A DNA stretch of 64,000 bases, from positions 24,738,001 through 24,802,000 of the forward strand of contig OZ336892.1 in the NCBI GenBank assembly GCA_965287045.1. Reading direction: 5' to 3'. This document shows positions 63,384-64,000 of the stretch, in pieces. This DNA is from Carcharhinus amblyrhynchos (lineage: Eukaryota). The notes beneath the pieces are model-generated. The model was not told the origin of the DNA. It saw only the letters and a list, made by a program, of their open reading frames with translations, and ran no database searches. Within the stretch, counting starts at the first letter, position 1. Each line of letters opens with the position of its first letter. A program made the position numbers and the translations under genes.

Positions 63384-64000
63384 AATCTATGGTGATGTGC
63401 TTTTTCAAAAGTGTGACTCAAAACCAACTATTTGTCAGGAAAACTAATTCCCAATAAGGAGTTGCCTTTCTCCAACTAAAAGCTTTTTGTAATCTTTTCA
63501 GTACATTCCAAACACAATAGGTAGAGGCTTTCAGTGGGTCTTCCCCACAGCAACTCACTACAGTTGAAGCCCTGTTGCCATAAATGTCTTTTTTATTCCT
63601 TTCAGCTTAGTTCCTTATTGTCTTCAAATATTTCTGGAAATTCAGGTTCAAGTATTAAAACCTTTCACTTTCCTATTTTACCTCTATTTTTGAGTTGATA
63701 AAGTTTAAAAATGCCTCCCTGTTTGCTCACAGATCTCCTATGAAATGCAATGCTCTTTGCCACATATAGCTCTGTTGATATACAAACAATTGCACGTCAA
63801 TTTCAACACTTAACCCCAAATGCAAATTTCAAATCTACTCTGTTTATTTGCAAATTAAAACCCAGCAGGCAGTCTCATTACAAAATGCAAGATGATAGCA
63901 CATTTAGCCTTTCATCCCCTTAAACGCCACAGACAATCTGACTCCAACAACCTCTCCTTTGATTAACCCTGGACGGATGGACAGACACAGCTTTATCTTT

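Noticed and set aside
1-64000. CRISPR arrays, operons, rRNA or true tRNA genes
   Set aside because: None seen. tRNA-like A/B boxes occur only as SINE heads, and the tandem repeats lack unique spacers.

Overview
Eukaryotic, AT-rich, repeat-dense DNA with no prokaryotic genes, rRNA or CRISPR arrays. The repeat content (CR1/HER1-type LINEs with (TTCTATG)n tails, HE1-type V-SINEs) points to a cartilaginous fish, probably a shark; this is inference from remembered consensus motifs. Most ORFs in the supplied track are LINE RT fragments, their antisense shadows, or chance ORFs. The window holds about 15 CR1 copies of several ages, a second LINE family with its partner SINE, nine V-SINEs with two different 3' tails, Harbinger-like MITEs and fossils, a Gypsy pol fossil with four nested insertions, and candidate solo LTRs. 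The items most worth following up are: (1) an intronless, disabled LYRM4/ISD11 retrocopy with polyA signal and tail; (2) four short Penelope-derived pieces with minimal hammerhead-ribozyme motifs, including a 74-bp unit flanked by a perfect 10-bp target-site duplication; (3) two phase-compatible minus-strand candidate exons, 11.4 kb apart, that join into a SEA-domain-like N-glycosylated peptide and suggest the window is intronic to a large host gene. Family names are by eye, and repeat boundaries are approximate (about 10-30 bp).
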